64,000 nt of DNA from an uncultured Thermococci archaeon (GTDB taxonomy: Archaea > Methanobacteriota_B > Thermococci > Methanofastidiosales > B48-G16): positions 32,001-96,000 of the forward strand of contig CAZQQT010000008.1 in assembly GCA_964595645.1 (NCBI GenBank), written 5' to 3'. Below the pieces are notes generated by a model. It saw nothing but the letters and a program-made list of their open reading frames with translations. It was not told where the DNA came from and searched no databases. Position numbers and translations under genes: made by a program. Each line of letters starts with the position of its first letter. Position 1 is the stretch's first letter. Positions 49,430-59,356 of the stretch are shown in pieces.

Positions 49430-51313
49430 TTACATCTCTTGAAGATCCCGAATTTTCTCTCGCAGTTCTACGGCTTTCACAAAATCAAGTTCATCGAAGG
49501 CCTTTCTCATTTTTTCCTCTAATTCGATAATCTTCTCTTCCCTCCTTGTCTCTTTTTTCTTTACAAGTCCTGGATAGACCTTCTTCTTTATGGTCTTCGG
49601 TGTGATTCCATGCGTTTCGTTGAATTTTTTCTGAACCTCTCTTCTTCTTTCTATTACTGTAATCGCTTTTTTCATTGCTTCCGTTCTTTTATTCGCATAA
49701 AGGATTACCTCCCCTTCAGTATTTCGGGAAACTCGTCCCATAATCTGTATTAATGAGGTTTTTGTTCTTAAGAATCCTTTTTTATCAGCGTGCAGAATTG
49801 CAACTAATGGAACCTCGGGGAGATCGAGCCCCTCTCTCAGCAGGTTTATTCCGACTACAACATCACTTTCCTTTCTCCGCAGCCCTCTCAGTATCTCCAC
49901 CCGCTCTTCTGTGTGGGTATCAGCGTGCATGTATTCCGCAGTAATTCCGTGGTTATTGAGATACTCGGAGACGCGTTCCGCTTCCCGCTTTGTGAGTGCA
50001 ATGACTAGTGCCTTCCCCTTTTCCCGTATTTTTTGTATCAAATGTTCCATATCTGGTTCTTTTACCGAGATTTTCGGTTCTAGTACTCCTGTGGGTCGTA
50101 CCAGCTGCTCCACCACTCTCGAGTTGTGGCGTTCGTACTCTCCTGGTGTGGCGGACATGAAGATCACTTTGTTCATATACTGTGTGAACTCCTGCCATGT
50201 TAACGGCCGATTGTCGGCACAACTCGCCAGCCGGAATCCATGATCTATCAATGTTTTTTTCCTTGTTCTATCGGCCTTGTACATTCCACGTATCTGTGGG
50301 ATCGTGATGTGGGATTCATCGATGATCATCAAAAATTCATTAGGAAAATAATCGAGGAGTGTGTAGGGTTTTTCACCGGATTCTCTGTTATCAAAGTATA
50401 TGGAGTAGTTTTCTATCCCTTTACAGTATCCCGTAGTTTTTAACATTTCAATATCGTAGCTCACCCTCTCTTCGAGTCTCTGCGCTTCAACAAGTTTGTT
50501 GTTTCTTGTGAGTTCTTCCACTCTTTTCTCAAGATCCTTCTCGATGTCCTTCACAGCGTCTTGCACTTTCTCTCGTTGTATCATATAGTGTTTTGCTGGA
50601 TGTATCCTCACAAACTCCTTTGTTCTTCCTTTCCATGATGTTGGATCGAGAATAGAGATCCGCTCAACTTCGTTGTCAAAGAATTCTATCCGGTAAATTT
50701 TTTCGCGGTATGCGGGAAATATCTCTATAATTTCACCTCTCACACGAAATGTGCCCGGAGAAAGAGAGTAGTCGTTCCTTGCGTACTGACACTCCACTAA
50801 TCTGTCTAAAAGTTCCTTTCTTTTGTAGGTTTTTCCCCTCTCGATATAGATACTCATTTCGTTGAATTTCGATGGTTCTCCGACGTTGTAGAGACAGGAA
50901 ACGCTGGCGACAACGATGACGTCCTCCCTTTCTTGGAGCGATGCCGTTGTTTTCACCTTGAGGAGTTCCAGATCTTCGTTCAGCTCAAATTTTTTCTCTA
51001 AAAATAGATCTTTTGCAGGAACGTATGCCTCTGGCCTGTAATAGTCATAGAATGATACAAAGTATTCTACACTGTTCTCTGGAAAGAACTCCTTAAACTC
51101 CATGTAGAGCTGAGCTGCCAGCGTCTTGTTCGGCGAGATGACGAGTGTTGGTAACGCAGCATCCTCAATAACGTTGGCAATAGTAAATGTTTTTCCCGAG
51201 CCTGTGACACCGAGGAGTGTCTGCCAGCGATGCTTTTCTACCCCCCGAGAAAGCTTCTTTATCGCTTGTTCCTGATCTCCTCTAGGTTTTAAATCTGTGG
51301 TAAGGTTAAACAT
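49430..51313 (-). CDS. uvrB: Excinuclease ABC subunit B
   Basis: GVTGSGKTFT, FVSFYDYYRPEAYVP, DESHITIPQ, GINLLREGLDLPEV, C-terminal UVR coil. Confidence 0.96.
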   Translation of the reverse strand: MFNLTTDLKPRGDQEQAIKKLSRGVEKHRWQTLLGVTGSGKTFTIANVIEDAALPTLVISPNKTLAAQLYMEFKEFFPENSVEYFVSFYDYYRPEAYVPAKDLFLEKKFELNEDLELLKVKTTASLQEREDVIVVASVSCLYNVGEPSKFNEMSIYIERGKTYKRKELLDRLVECQYARNDYSLSPGTFRVRGEIIEIFPAYREKIYRIEFFDNEVERISILDPTSWKGRTKEFVRIHPAKHYMIQREKVQDAVKDIEKDLEKRVEELTRNNKLVEAQRLEERVSYDIEMLKTTGYCKGIENYSIYFDNRESGEKPYTLLDYFPNEFLMIIDESHITIPQIRGMYKADRTRKKTLIDHGFRLASCADNRPLTWQEFTQYMNKVIFMSATPGEYERHNSRVVEQLVRPTGVLEPKISVKEPDMEHLIQKIREKGKALVIALTKREAERVSEYLNNHGITAEYMHADTHTEERVEILRGLRRKESDVVVGINLLREGLDLPEVPLVAILHADKKGFLRTKTSLIQIMGRVSRNTEGEVILYANKRTEAMKKAITVIERRREVQKKFNETHGITPKTIKKKVYPGLVKKKETRREEKIIELEEKMRKAFDELDFVKAVELREKIRDLQEM

Positions 51314-51363
51314 TGTCGTGAGTGTATTTTCTTTTCAAAAAATAAAAAGGAATGGTGAGAAAC

Positions 51364-53256
51364 CTACTCTCTTTTAAATGCAGATCCAATAAGTATCCCC
51401 ACGAAAAGTCCTACAAGCCCCGATCCCATGATAAGAATGAGTGTTGATCCCGTTTCAGGATTCTCTGACATAGTGGTTGCAGGAGTCTTTATGGGTGTGG
51501 ATGTGGGCGTTGTGACAACGGTAGGTACCTCTGTTCCTTCCATACCAAGATGTTTATAGGCGGAGGCAACTTCCTTGGCGTACTTGTACATCCGAAAGGC
51601 ATTGACCGCGTCTTGTTTTTCTTCGAAGTTTGATGCATACTCATAGTAACATTCTGCGAGGAGCGGTTCGTGACCTGTTTCTCGTGCAAGCTGGATAGCT
51701 ATTTTGGCATCTTCTTTCGCTCTCTGAATTTTTTCGCTTACTACTGTGAGATCTTCACCGCTCATTCCAAGTTCGATGGCAATACTTGAGTATACCTTGC
51801 TTTCCAGCGCATAGAACAGGGCAGAGGTGTATCGCCCGGTGTCATACTCGTTCTGCGCAGCGTTCAACGAGTTTGATGCTTCTGGAAGAGATGATTCTCC
51901 CATCATACTTGACACATAGACGTATACAAGTTTTGCCTCCTCTATCCGTTTCCACGCATCTTCTTTTAATTGATCCAGCGATATTTCTTTACCTCCAGAA
52001 TGTTTTACTGCCATATCAAGCCACAATATTGCTGTATCAGCTCTTTTGTCTGCATAGGCTATGGAATATGCTGTATTTTCTATATCAAGATTTTCTTTAT
52101 AGTTTTTAGCTCTTTCTAAGTAGTCATAAGCTTCTTTTAATCTTTTTTCTGCCGCGGAGAGGAACTCTAAGCTTGCGATACCTTTAATATCCGTTCTTTT
52201 CTCTTTTAGTTTGGTATCAATCTCTTCCAATTTTTTCGTGAGGTTTTGTAGTCTCGTGTCAACACTGTCTATATGGATGTACTCATCAACGATACCCGTA
52301 TAGATTTCTGCATTGAGCAGAGTACTCAACGCTGTGTAATATTTTGCATTGTTCATCTCTTGTTTTGCGGTTTCAATAAGTTCTTGGGTTCTATTGAGGT
52401 ATTCTTGGAGGTAATTCTTTTCGTAATTACTTACATTTAGTGAGGATAATTCCTGGGCAATGGTATCGTGGTACGTTATGTTTTTTTCCAATGCGTTGTT
52501 TGCCCTTTCAGAGAGAAAAGATGTACTGATTGTGATCTCTCCCTTTACCTCCTTTTCAGAGAAATTTTTTCCAACAAAATGAAGCAGTGCATCATTTATG
52601 TCTTTTACCTCAATAACCTCAATATCGTACTGTTTTTTAGCATATTCCACTACATTTACCTTTTTCGATTTCTGAACAATTTGTACTACGCCATTGCGCT
52701 CTTCTTTTGTGGTTGTCTGTGTTGTGACGACGGTCTCACCCCACGGAACAAGAAATTTCGTTATCCCAAGTTCTGCAGAAGCATCTAGTTTTTCCACGAT
52801 TCCTCCTACAGGTCCGATAGTACTGTCTGGATTTATCATCCCTGTCATCATTACGTCGTCTTTTATCTTCCACCCTTCAAGAGAGGCAATCGTGGCGATA
52901 GTTATCACCCCTCCGGCAGAGGGTCCACCGATGACAGGTGAGTCGGACCGTACTACATAATAAAAGTCGTAGTTATTCACATCTTTTCCCGTTACCCTTC
53001 CTGCCACCTCCACGGCTAATCGAGCCGATGCTTGCGTGTCCAGCTCTGTCAGCGGCCATGTGTCTACATAGATGTGACCGTTTCCAGGTTTCGTTGAGAC
53101 GGTTATCGAGAGCACCGCACCTTCATATCCTGTATCTGTTTTTTTGACAGCGGGTGCACGGATCGTGACGGAATTCTCCGTGTCGGCGTAAATACTAAGC
53201 GGAAGCATTGAGAGTAGAAATAAGGTTATCAAAACAATAGAAATCTTTCTTTTCAT
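51364..53256 (-). CDS. Secreted, membrane-anchored S16 (Lon-like) serine protease (COG1750-type)
   Basis: Signal peptide; GGPSAG and GPVGGIVEK dyad; Thr/Pro linker and C-terminal TM. Confidence 0.88.
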   Translation of the reverse strand: MKRKISIVLITLFLLSMLPLSIYADTENSVTIRAPAVKKTDTGYEGAVLSITVSTKPGNGHIYVDTWPLTELDTQASARLAVEVAGRVTGKDVNNYDFYYVVRSDSPVIGGPSAGGVITIATIASLEGWKIKDDVMMTGMINPDSTIGPVGGIVEKLDASAELGITKFLVPWGETVVTTQTTTKEERNGVVQIVQKSKKVNVVEYAKKQYDIEVIEVKDINDALLHFVGKNFSEKEVKGEITISTSFLSERANNALEKNITYHDTIAQELSSLNVSNYEKNYLQEYLNRTQELIETAKQEMNNAKYYTALSTLLNAEIYTGIVDEYIHIDSVDTRLQNLTKKLEEIDTKLKEKRTDIKGIASLEFLSAAEKRLKEAYDYLERAKNYKENLDIENTAYSIAYADKRADTAILWLDMAVKHSGGKEISLDQLKEDAWKRIEEAKLVYVYVSSMMGESSLPEASNSLNAAQNEYDTGRYTSALFYALESKVYSSIAIELGMSGEDLTVVSEKIQRAKEDAKIAIQLARETGHEPLLAECYYEYASNFEEKQDAVNAFRMYKYAKEVASAYKHLGMEGTEVPTVVTTPTSTPIKTPATTMSENPETGSTLILIMGSGLVGLFVGILIGSAFKRE

Positions 53257-53384
53257 TCTATCATCCTCTGTATTTCATGTTTCATGTGCCTTTCTTGTCA
53301 TGAAAACATATAAAAAAGTTGGCCCAAATAGGGCCATAATCACTCGGTTCTTCCAATGCCTTATGAAGCAACCCTATGAGTTTT

Positions 53385-53936
53385 TCACTCTTCATCCTCT
53401 CTTTCCTTTCTTAATTTTTCAATGTTTGCCGGATCAGATAAAATCTTTGTGATGTTGGCGGGGCCAACTAACTTATACAAAGGTTTTCCGTTACTATCTA
53501 GTATTAGTGCACTGGGAATTCCATTTCCTACGTACTGACGATATTTTTCTTTAAACGTTTCCTCATTGGATTCAATATCTAGGTCAAAGTACACGGGTAT
53601 AAAGTACTCCTCCATTACTTGCACTACCTTGTCATCTTTGTATGTAGTCTCCTCCAACTCCTTGCACCAGGGACAATTATCACTGGTGAAATATACAAAA
53701 ATCCATTTTTCTTCATTTGTTTTTTCTTTAGCCTTTTCTACAGAGTCTACCCAGTCTATTGACTTAGTTTCTTTTTGGTCTTCAGGAGGATCTGTCGTTT
53801 CCGGTTGCCCCGTTTCTTCCGGTGCCGGCGTCGTTGTTTTTGGAGCATCTGTTGTTGTGGGGATGTCATTATCTTCTTCACCGAGGCACCCAAGCATTAC
53901 ACCAAAAATTAGTAATAAAACAAGTATTCTTTTCAT
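53385..53936 (-). CDS. Thioredoxin-fold lipoprotein
   Basis: Lipobox MLGC; CPWC. Confidence 0.8.
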   Translation of the reverse strand: MKRILVLLLIFGVMLGCLGEEDNDIPTTTDAPKTTTPAPEETGQPETTDPPEDQKETKSIDWVDSVEKAKEKTNEEKWIFVYFTSDNCPWCKELEETTYKDDKVVQVMEEYFIPVYFDLDIESNEETFKEKYRQYVGNGIPSALILDSNGKPLYKLVGPANITKILSDPANIEKLRKEREDEE

Positions 53937-53937
53937 A

Positions 53938-54267
53938 CTACCACTCTCTTACCCTTTCTTTCACAAGTTTTGACCACATCTCTATGTCTTGCAATAAATT
54001 TTCCTTTATTCTTTTTTTCGGTATAGGATAGTACACGAAATTGTATCCTCGTCGTAGATTAACAGATTTTCTCATTATTAGTCCTTTGTCCATGAGCTGA
54101 CCGACTGATTTCTGCACAGAACTTCTATGCTTGTCTACAGCATCCGCTATCTCTATCACTGTGGATTCAGGATGGCGAAGGAGAAAAAGAAATATATCTT
54201 TTTCAAGGTCATTGAGTCCCAAGAGGCAAAAGACCAGCTCGTTCTCCTCCAAGGTATCCAACTGCAT
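53938..54267 (-). CDS. TrmB-like HTH regulator (COG3355-type)
   Basis: CLLGLNDLE, EIADAVDKHRSSVQKSV..L. Confidence 0.8.
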   Translation of the reverse strand: MQLDTLEENELVFCLLGLNDLEKDIFLFLLRHPESTVIEIADAVDKHRSSVQKSVGQLMDKGLIMRKSVNLRRGYNFVYYPIPKKRIKENLLQDIEMWSKLVKERVREW

Positions 54268-54299
54268 CTTGGAGCATAGATTCTCATTGAGAAAGAACT

Positions 54300-54677
54300 T
54301 CATTCCATCACAGAGTGTAGTTTTTCTTCGAGCACTTGTTTGGGTACGGCACCCGTAATTCTATCGACTAGCTCTCCCTCTTTAAAAAATAGTATCGTGG
54401 GGATGCTCATTATCCCAAACTTTGATGGAATCTGATTGTTCTCATCGACATTGAGTTTCCCTATCGCTACTTTGTCTCCATATTCCTGTGCCACTTTTTC
54501 GATTGTGGGGGAAAGCATCTTACAAGGCATACACCATGCCGCCCAACAGTCCACCATTGCATATTTTTTTTCTGCAATAAACTCGTCAAAGTTGCTGTCT
54601 GTAATCTTTATAGGAGTTCTCGATTTCTGCATCATTTTTTTCATCTTCTCCTTTTTTATTCTTTCAACTTCATCCAT
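54300..54677 (-). CDS. trxA: Thioredoxin
   Basis: WAAWCMPC, IMSIPT, GAVPK. Confidence 0.93.
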   Translation of the reverse strand: MDEVERIKKEKMKKMMQKSRTPIKITDSNFDEFIAEKKYAMVDCWAAWCMPCKMLSPTIEKVAQEYGDKVAIGKLNVDENNQIPSKFGIMSIPTILFFKEGELVDRITGAVPKQVLEEKLHSVME

Positions 54678-54940
54678 ATATAAACACCTTTTTTTCTTTG
54701 GCAGACAGCCCTTTAAAAATCTTTCTCAAAAATGTTCAACATCTTTTCACAAGTATAACCGTTGATTATTTAAAGGATAATGTGTCAACTATAGATTAAT
54801 GAACTCTTTAAAGAGAATAAGAGTCTTTTCGAGTGGAAAATTTTTATTCTTTATTCTCTTATTCCGATTTTTTATTAACAAAAGAGATAATAAATATATT
54901 TTTATCTGAGAAGTTGTAAATAACCAATCGAGATGGCTCT

Positions 54941-56614
54941 ATGAGCAAAAAAGATAAGAGAATTCGGAGGGAAATACAGGATATATTTAGAAGTATTCTG
55001 GAGAAGAATGATCTTTCGAATATACTGGAGAGAATTACATCCACCATTGGGACTCTTTTTGGATATAAACGAGTTGTCCTCACACTGTGGGATGAAAACT
55101 TCAATGTTCAGCACTCCACCCATTATGGGCTGAGCCAGGAGGAGGTACAGGAACTCGAAAAAAAAGAAATGACGGAAGAAGAACGAAGGATCATTATGGA
55201 TGAAAAATACAAAATTAGCAACTCTTATTTCGTGCCTGAAGAGGATAACCCCCTCGTAACGAAAGCACTTCCAGGTAGATCGGTGGGGGAGTGGAGGCCT
55301 TTCGATGCGCTGATCGTGCCTCTGTGGGGCAAGGAGAGAATCATTGGATGGATATCATTGGACGAACCGATTTCTGGGAAGAGACCCACGGAAGAGGATC
55401 TCCGAGATATCGAAATATTTGCCGATCAGGCCTCCATTGCAATAGAAAATGAAAAGATGGTGGAAAGAGAAGAAGAGTTTATTCAAAAACTCAAAATTCT
55501 TAATAAAATAAGCAGAGAATTTTCTAAATTAGTAGATCTAGAGGATCTATTTCATAAAATCCCGGAACTCATAAAAGAAACCTACAATCTCCCATTTGTC
55601 GGACTGGGCATTTTTGACGGTGAAAATATTGTCTTTAGACATTACTCAACGGCATACCCCTCAAAGAGCCATAAGTCTGTTACTCAAAATTTGGAGGAAG
55701 GACTCATTGGCTGGGCAGCACGAAACAAAAAGACGCTCTACATTAAGGATGTATCGAAGGACCCACGTTATCTTAAGGGGTTTGAGGAAACGAGATCAGA
55801 ACTGGCAATTCCACTGGTGAGCGAGGGGGAGCTGTTGGGGGTCATGGATTTCCAGAGCGATGAGATTGATTACTTCACCTCCGAAGATATTTTGGTCCTT
55901 GAAAATCTGACGGATCAGATTGCGATATCTTTGAGGAACTCACAGCTGTTTAAAAAGCTTCAAAATGAGAAAAAATTACACGAACTTTTTATTTCTGTAC
56001 TTTCTCATGATTTAAAGACACCTCTTCAAGTTATCCTTGGATACGCAGATCTTTTTGGAAACGAAAAATATGCCTCCGCTATCGAAAGAAATGTGAAAAA
56101 GATAACGGCAGCACTAGAAAAGGCGCATACATACACGAAATTAGAGGCAGGATACAAAGAGAATTTAGAAAAAAGAGATATCAAATCAACAATAGAAAGT
56201 CTCATGAGTGATTTCGGTTCCGAACTGAAAAAGAAAAATATTGAGATCGATCTTGATCTTGAGGAGACCTTCATCGAATCTTTTGGCGTACTAGAGAATA
56301 TTTTCCAGAATTTAATAGAGAACTCTATAAAATACTCTCCCGAAAACAGTAAAATCGAGATATATTCCGAGGATCACGATGTGAATGTTGTGGTGAATGT
56401 AAAAAACTATGGTCCAACGATCCCCGATGATATGAAAGAGGTAATATTTGAGCGATTCAAGAGGACAGATCATCGTACTCCAGGTACCGGTCTTGGACTT
56501 GCGATTGTGAAAAAGGCAGTATCGCTTCATGAAGGAGTGGTATGGGTAGAAGATACTTCCGATGGCGGTACGGTATTTAAAGTAAAACTCCCGAAAAACT
56601 TAGAAAATGAATAA
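54941..56614 (+). CDS. Cytoplasmic GAF-GAF sensor histidine kinase
   Basis: Two GAF domains; H-box SHDLKTPL; NLIENSIKYS; GTGLGLAI. Confidence 0.9.
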   Translation: MSKKDKRIRREIQDIFRSILEKNDLSNILERITSTIGTLFGYKRVVLTLWDENFNVQHSTHYGLSQEEVQELEKKEMTEEERRIIMDEKYKISNSYFVPEEDNPLVTKALPGRSVGEWRPFDALIVPLWGKERIIGWISLDEPISGKRPTEEDLRDIEIFADQASIAIENEKMVEREEEFIQKLKILNKISREFSKLVDLEDLFHKIPELIKETYNLPFVGLGIFDGENIVFRHYSTAYPSKSHKSVTQNLEEGLIGWAARNKKTLYIKDVSKDPRYLKGFEETRSELAIPLVSEGELLGVMDFQSDEIDYFTSEDILVLENLTDQIAISLRNSQLFKKLQNEKKLHELFISVLSHDLKTPLQVILGYADLFGNEKYASAIERNVKKITAALEKAHTYTKLEAGYKENLEKRDIKSTIESLMSDFGSELKKKNIEIDLDLEETFIESFGVLENIFQNLIENSIKYSPENSKIEIYSEDHDVNVVVNVKNYGPTIPDDMKEVIFERFKRTDHRTPGTGLGLAIVKKAVSLHEGVVWVEDTSDGGTVFKVKLPKNLENE

Positions 56615-57149
56615 CAGTTCCAGTAAACACAGGTATTGCAAGGTTATCGTTGATAGTATCCTGCAATTCTGCGATAGTAGCTGCTAAGGCACCTGGAAGT
56701 GCGGCAGGGAATCCCAATGCCACGTATCCTATAATAACGCAGCAAAAAAAGCATGAAATCGATCCAATGAGTGTTTTATCCCCATATATTTTTGTTTTTC
56801 CAAAGCTTTTTCCAGTGATTGCCGCAATGCCGTCTCCAAAGATCAACATAAGGATGGATGCAATAGCCACATTTTTTTCAAAAAAGAAGACGACAATAAG
56901 ACATCCAACAATGAAGTATACGTGGGCACCTATACTATTTTTCTCTCTCCTCCTTGTCATTTTTTTCATGAAAAATCCGACGATCGGAATCTTTTGAAGG
57001 TATTTTATTCGGTAATAGTCAAAAATAAGAGATAAAACTAGAAAAAAACCTAGAAAAGCTATCGTTACTATCTTGTTCGTAAAATAATAAAAAATGGGTA
57101 CGGACAATCCAGAAAAATGGATGGATTTTCTTACAATCTCCCATTTCAT
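56577..57149 (-). CDS. Dolichol/phytol kinase family membrane protein
   Basis: RKSIH, GDGIAAITG, KTLIGS, DNLAIP. Confidence 0.85.
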   Translation of the reverse strand: MKWEIVRKSIHFSGLSVPIFYYFTNKIVTIAFLGFFLVLSLIFDYYRIKYLQKIPIVGFFMKKMTRRREKNSIGAHVYFIVGCLIVVFFFEKNVAIASILMLIFGDGIAAITGKSFGKTKIYGDKTLIGSISCFFCCVIIGYVALGFPAALPGALAATIAELQDTINDNLAIPVFTGTVIHFLSFSGVLL

Positions 57150-57185
57150 ATCACTCTAAAAAAACGGGAGGCTATAAAAAAGTTT

Positions 57186-57728
57186 CTAATCGATCATTCC
57201 TAGATCTTGTAGCTCTGCTACGAGCTTTTTGATTCCTCTTTTTACGTCTTTTTCACTTTTTGCACCGGCGCATACAATTTTTCCTGTGTTAAACACCAAA
57301 ATAGCGACCTTTGGTTCTTGTGCCCTGTACACAAGTCCAGGAAACTGTTCCGGTTCGTATTCGCAGTTTGAAAGTTCGAAGATAAGCGCTTCGAGATCAA
57401 TTTCTGTTCCTAGGTCTGCTGTTGCGACTATATTCTGGAGTCTAAGTTCGGGCTTACCTTCCATATTAAATCCTATCTTTTTCAGGTTCTTCACTATTTT
57501 TTTGATGGCCACCTCAGCGTCATGTATCGTTCTAGCACCTGTACATATCAGCTTCCCTGTGGAGAACACGAGCGTTGAGGTATTTGGGGAGTCTAGTTTG
57601 TACACAAGTCCAGGAAACTGTTCTGGTTCGAATTCCGTGTTTTTTATCTCCCGAGTAATTTTGTTCAGATCGAGTTTCGTGTGTATATCCGCGGAAACGA
57701 CGATATTGACTATCTTAGGCTCCAACAT
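57186..57728 (-). CDS. tbp: TATA-box binding protein
   Basis: Two NIV.. / EPEQFPGLVY / F.TGK..C.GA repeats. Confidence 0.97.
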   Translation of the reverse strand: MLEPKIVNIVVSADIHTKLDLNKITREIKNTEFEPEQFPGLVYKLDSPNTSTLVFSTGKLICTGARTIHDAEVAIKKIVKNLKKIGFNMEGKPELRLQNIVATADLGTEIDLEALIFELSNCEYEPEQFPGLVYRAQEPKVAILVFNTGKIVCAGAKSEKDVKRGIKKLVAELQDLGMID

Positions 57729-57759
57729 ACATCACCTCTCATTCCTTCTATTTAAATAG

Positions 57760-58332
57760 TTATTCAATACTCTCTGCTATCTTTTTAATAACACTTTTCA
57801 TTTTCTCGTCTTTTTCTGATGTTAAAATAAGATTAATAGTAAATAATTTCCAATACATTTCAAAATCGAGATTTTTGTCTTCCAGTTTTTCTTCCCATCC
57901 CTCACGAAGATTTTTGAACAATTTTAGAATTAAATTTGATGTTTTTTCTTTATTTTTTATACTGTAACCCAAATTTTTTAGTTTTTCTACCATATCATTG
58001 GCCATTTCTCTTTCATAATTTTTTCGTACTTTTATCTGTTCTTCTGGGGCTTCCTTATCCATTGCGAAGATATAGAGATTCGATTTTCTGCCGTATACTT
58101 TTTCCGGAATATGATACCTTTTTCTCTCTCCTACAACACTTACTAGCCCAACGTCCTCTAACTTTTTGATATGTCGGTAGATGGTGGACTCATCCTTTTC
58201 CAGGATCTCCGCCATCTGTGATACAGTGAGGTCGTTGAATCGTAACAGTTTTAGGATCTCCCTTCTGTTCCTTTCCATTCCTATTACAATAGCCTTCGGG
58301 TCCCTGATGACCTTTATTCTCTCCTTCTCCAT
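57760..58332 (-). CDS. ArsR-like winged-HTH regulator
   Basis: RREILKLL..LTVSQMAEIL..STIYRHIKKLE.VGLV. Confidence 0.8.
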   Translation of the reverse strand: MEKERIKVIRDPKAIVIGMERNRREILKLLRFNDLTVSQMAEILEKDESTIYRHIKKLEDVGLVSVVGERKRYHIPEKVYGRKSNLYIFAMDKEAPEEQIKVRKNYEREMANDMVEKLKNLGYSIKNKEKTSNLILKLFKNLREGWEEKLEDKNLDFEMYWKLFTINLILTSEKDEKMKSVIKKIAESIE

Positions 58333-58391
58333 ACTACACATTATAACCAGTATACTTATAAATGTTTTGCATCGGGGTGCAGTGATTGCCA

Positions 58392-58958
58392 CTATGCTTC
58401 CATGTACCTCTTTTTTGTCATATCTGCAAGTTCCTTTTCTCCCACCCTTATCATTAGAAAGGCAAAAAATATGGAAAGAAGTCCTATAACTAGCGGGAAG
58501 GGTATCAGAAAAGAGATAGATTGGGATAGAGAAGCACCAAAATCGCTATACAAGAATCTTACACGAGATATTAGGCGCGTGATCGGTGACAGCCCGTAAC
58601 ATGCGATTATTCCGGCGAGAGGAACAGTGAGTGGGATCCTTAATTTTCGTGCTACCACAAACGTGATCAACGAGATACCTAAAAGAAACTCAACTATGGC
58701 TTCCGGGAGACTGGGAGGGAGATAGTGTTCTGTGGGCTGACTATTAAGATGGATGTGTATCATGAGAAGGGACAGCAAGAGTGAAATGGCGCTGTACAAA
58801 AGGAAGATCAGCTTTACGAGAGAAAAAATATGTTCCATGAAAAATTTCTCTTTTTTTCTCATTTTGTACAATCGTAATGCTACTATTCCTGCAATAGCGC
58901 TTATACTGAGGTATACCAAAATATACACATAACAGTATATATCAAAGTAGGCAGGCAA
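58392..58958 (-). CDS. Hypothetical membrane protein
   Basis: About 5 hydrophobic segments; no family recognised. Confidence 0.5.
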   Translation of the reverse strand: MPAYFDIYCYVYILVYLSISAIAGIVALRLYKMRKKEKFFMEHIFSLVKLIFLLYSAISLLLSLLMIHIHLNSQPTEHYLPPSLPEAIVEFLLGISLITFVVARKLRIPLTVPLAGIIACYGLSPITRLISRVRFLYSDFGASLSQSISFLIPFPLVIGLLSIFFAFLMIRVGEKELADMTKKRYMEA

Positions 58959-58964
58959 CGGTGT

Positions 58965-59288
58965 CTACACTGCTTCAGGCATCTCAGGCGGATTGAGAAG
59001 GTAGGCGATGCAGTCTCCACCGATAATCACGAAATAAAGCGAGATGCAAAGAAGGAGAAAGATTCCAGCAGGGATCAGATCCTTCCAAGACTTCCCTCTC
59101 CACAGCATAAGGGAGACGTACAGCAATGCAATTCCAAGAGGTACCCACAGAAGCATGGGATATCTGAACGAACAAGTTCCCTCTATAGAGCATGCGATCG
59201 TTCCTGTACCACGATAGATATACTGAAATCCTATCACTGCCAGAAATATATACAACGTTGGTAGCACCATCTTTTTATATTCATGCAC
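58965..59288 (-). CDS. Hypothetical membrane protein
   Basis: Three TM segments; RBS gaggag/agg upstream. Confidence 0.55.
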   Translation of the reverse strand: MHEYKKMVLPTLYIFLAVIGFQYIYRGTGTIACSIEGTCSFRYPMLLWVPLGIALLYVSLMLWRGKSWKDLIPAGIFLLLCISLYFVIIGGDCIAYLLNPPEMPEAV

Positions 59289-59356
59289 ACCTATCCTCTC
59301 CTCACGTTTCTACATATTTCTGTTATTTTGTCCATATAAAAATATTTTGGAAGTTT

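Noticed and set aside
53320-53384. GGCCC-AAATA-GGGCC hairpin as an sRNA
   Set aside because: Only a 5-bp stem, with no supporting boxes or promoter.
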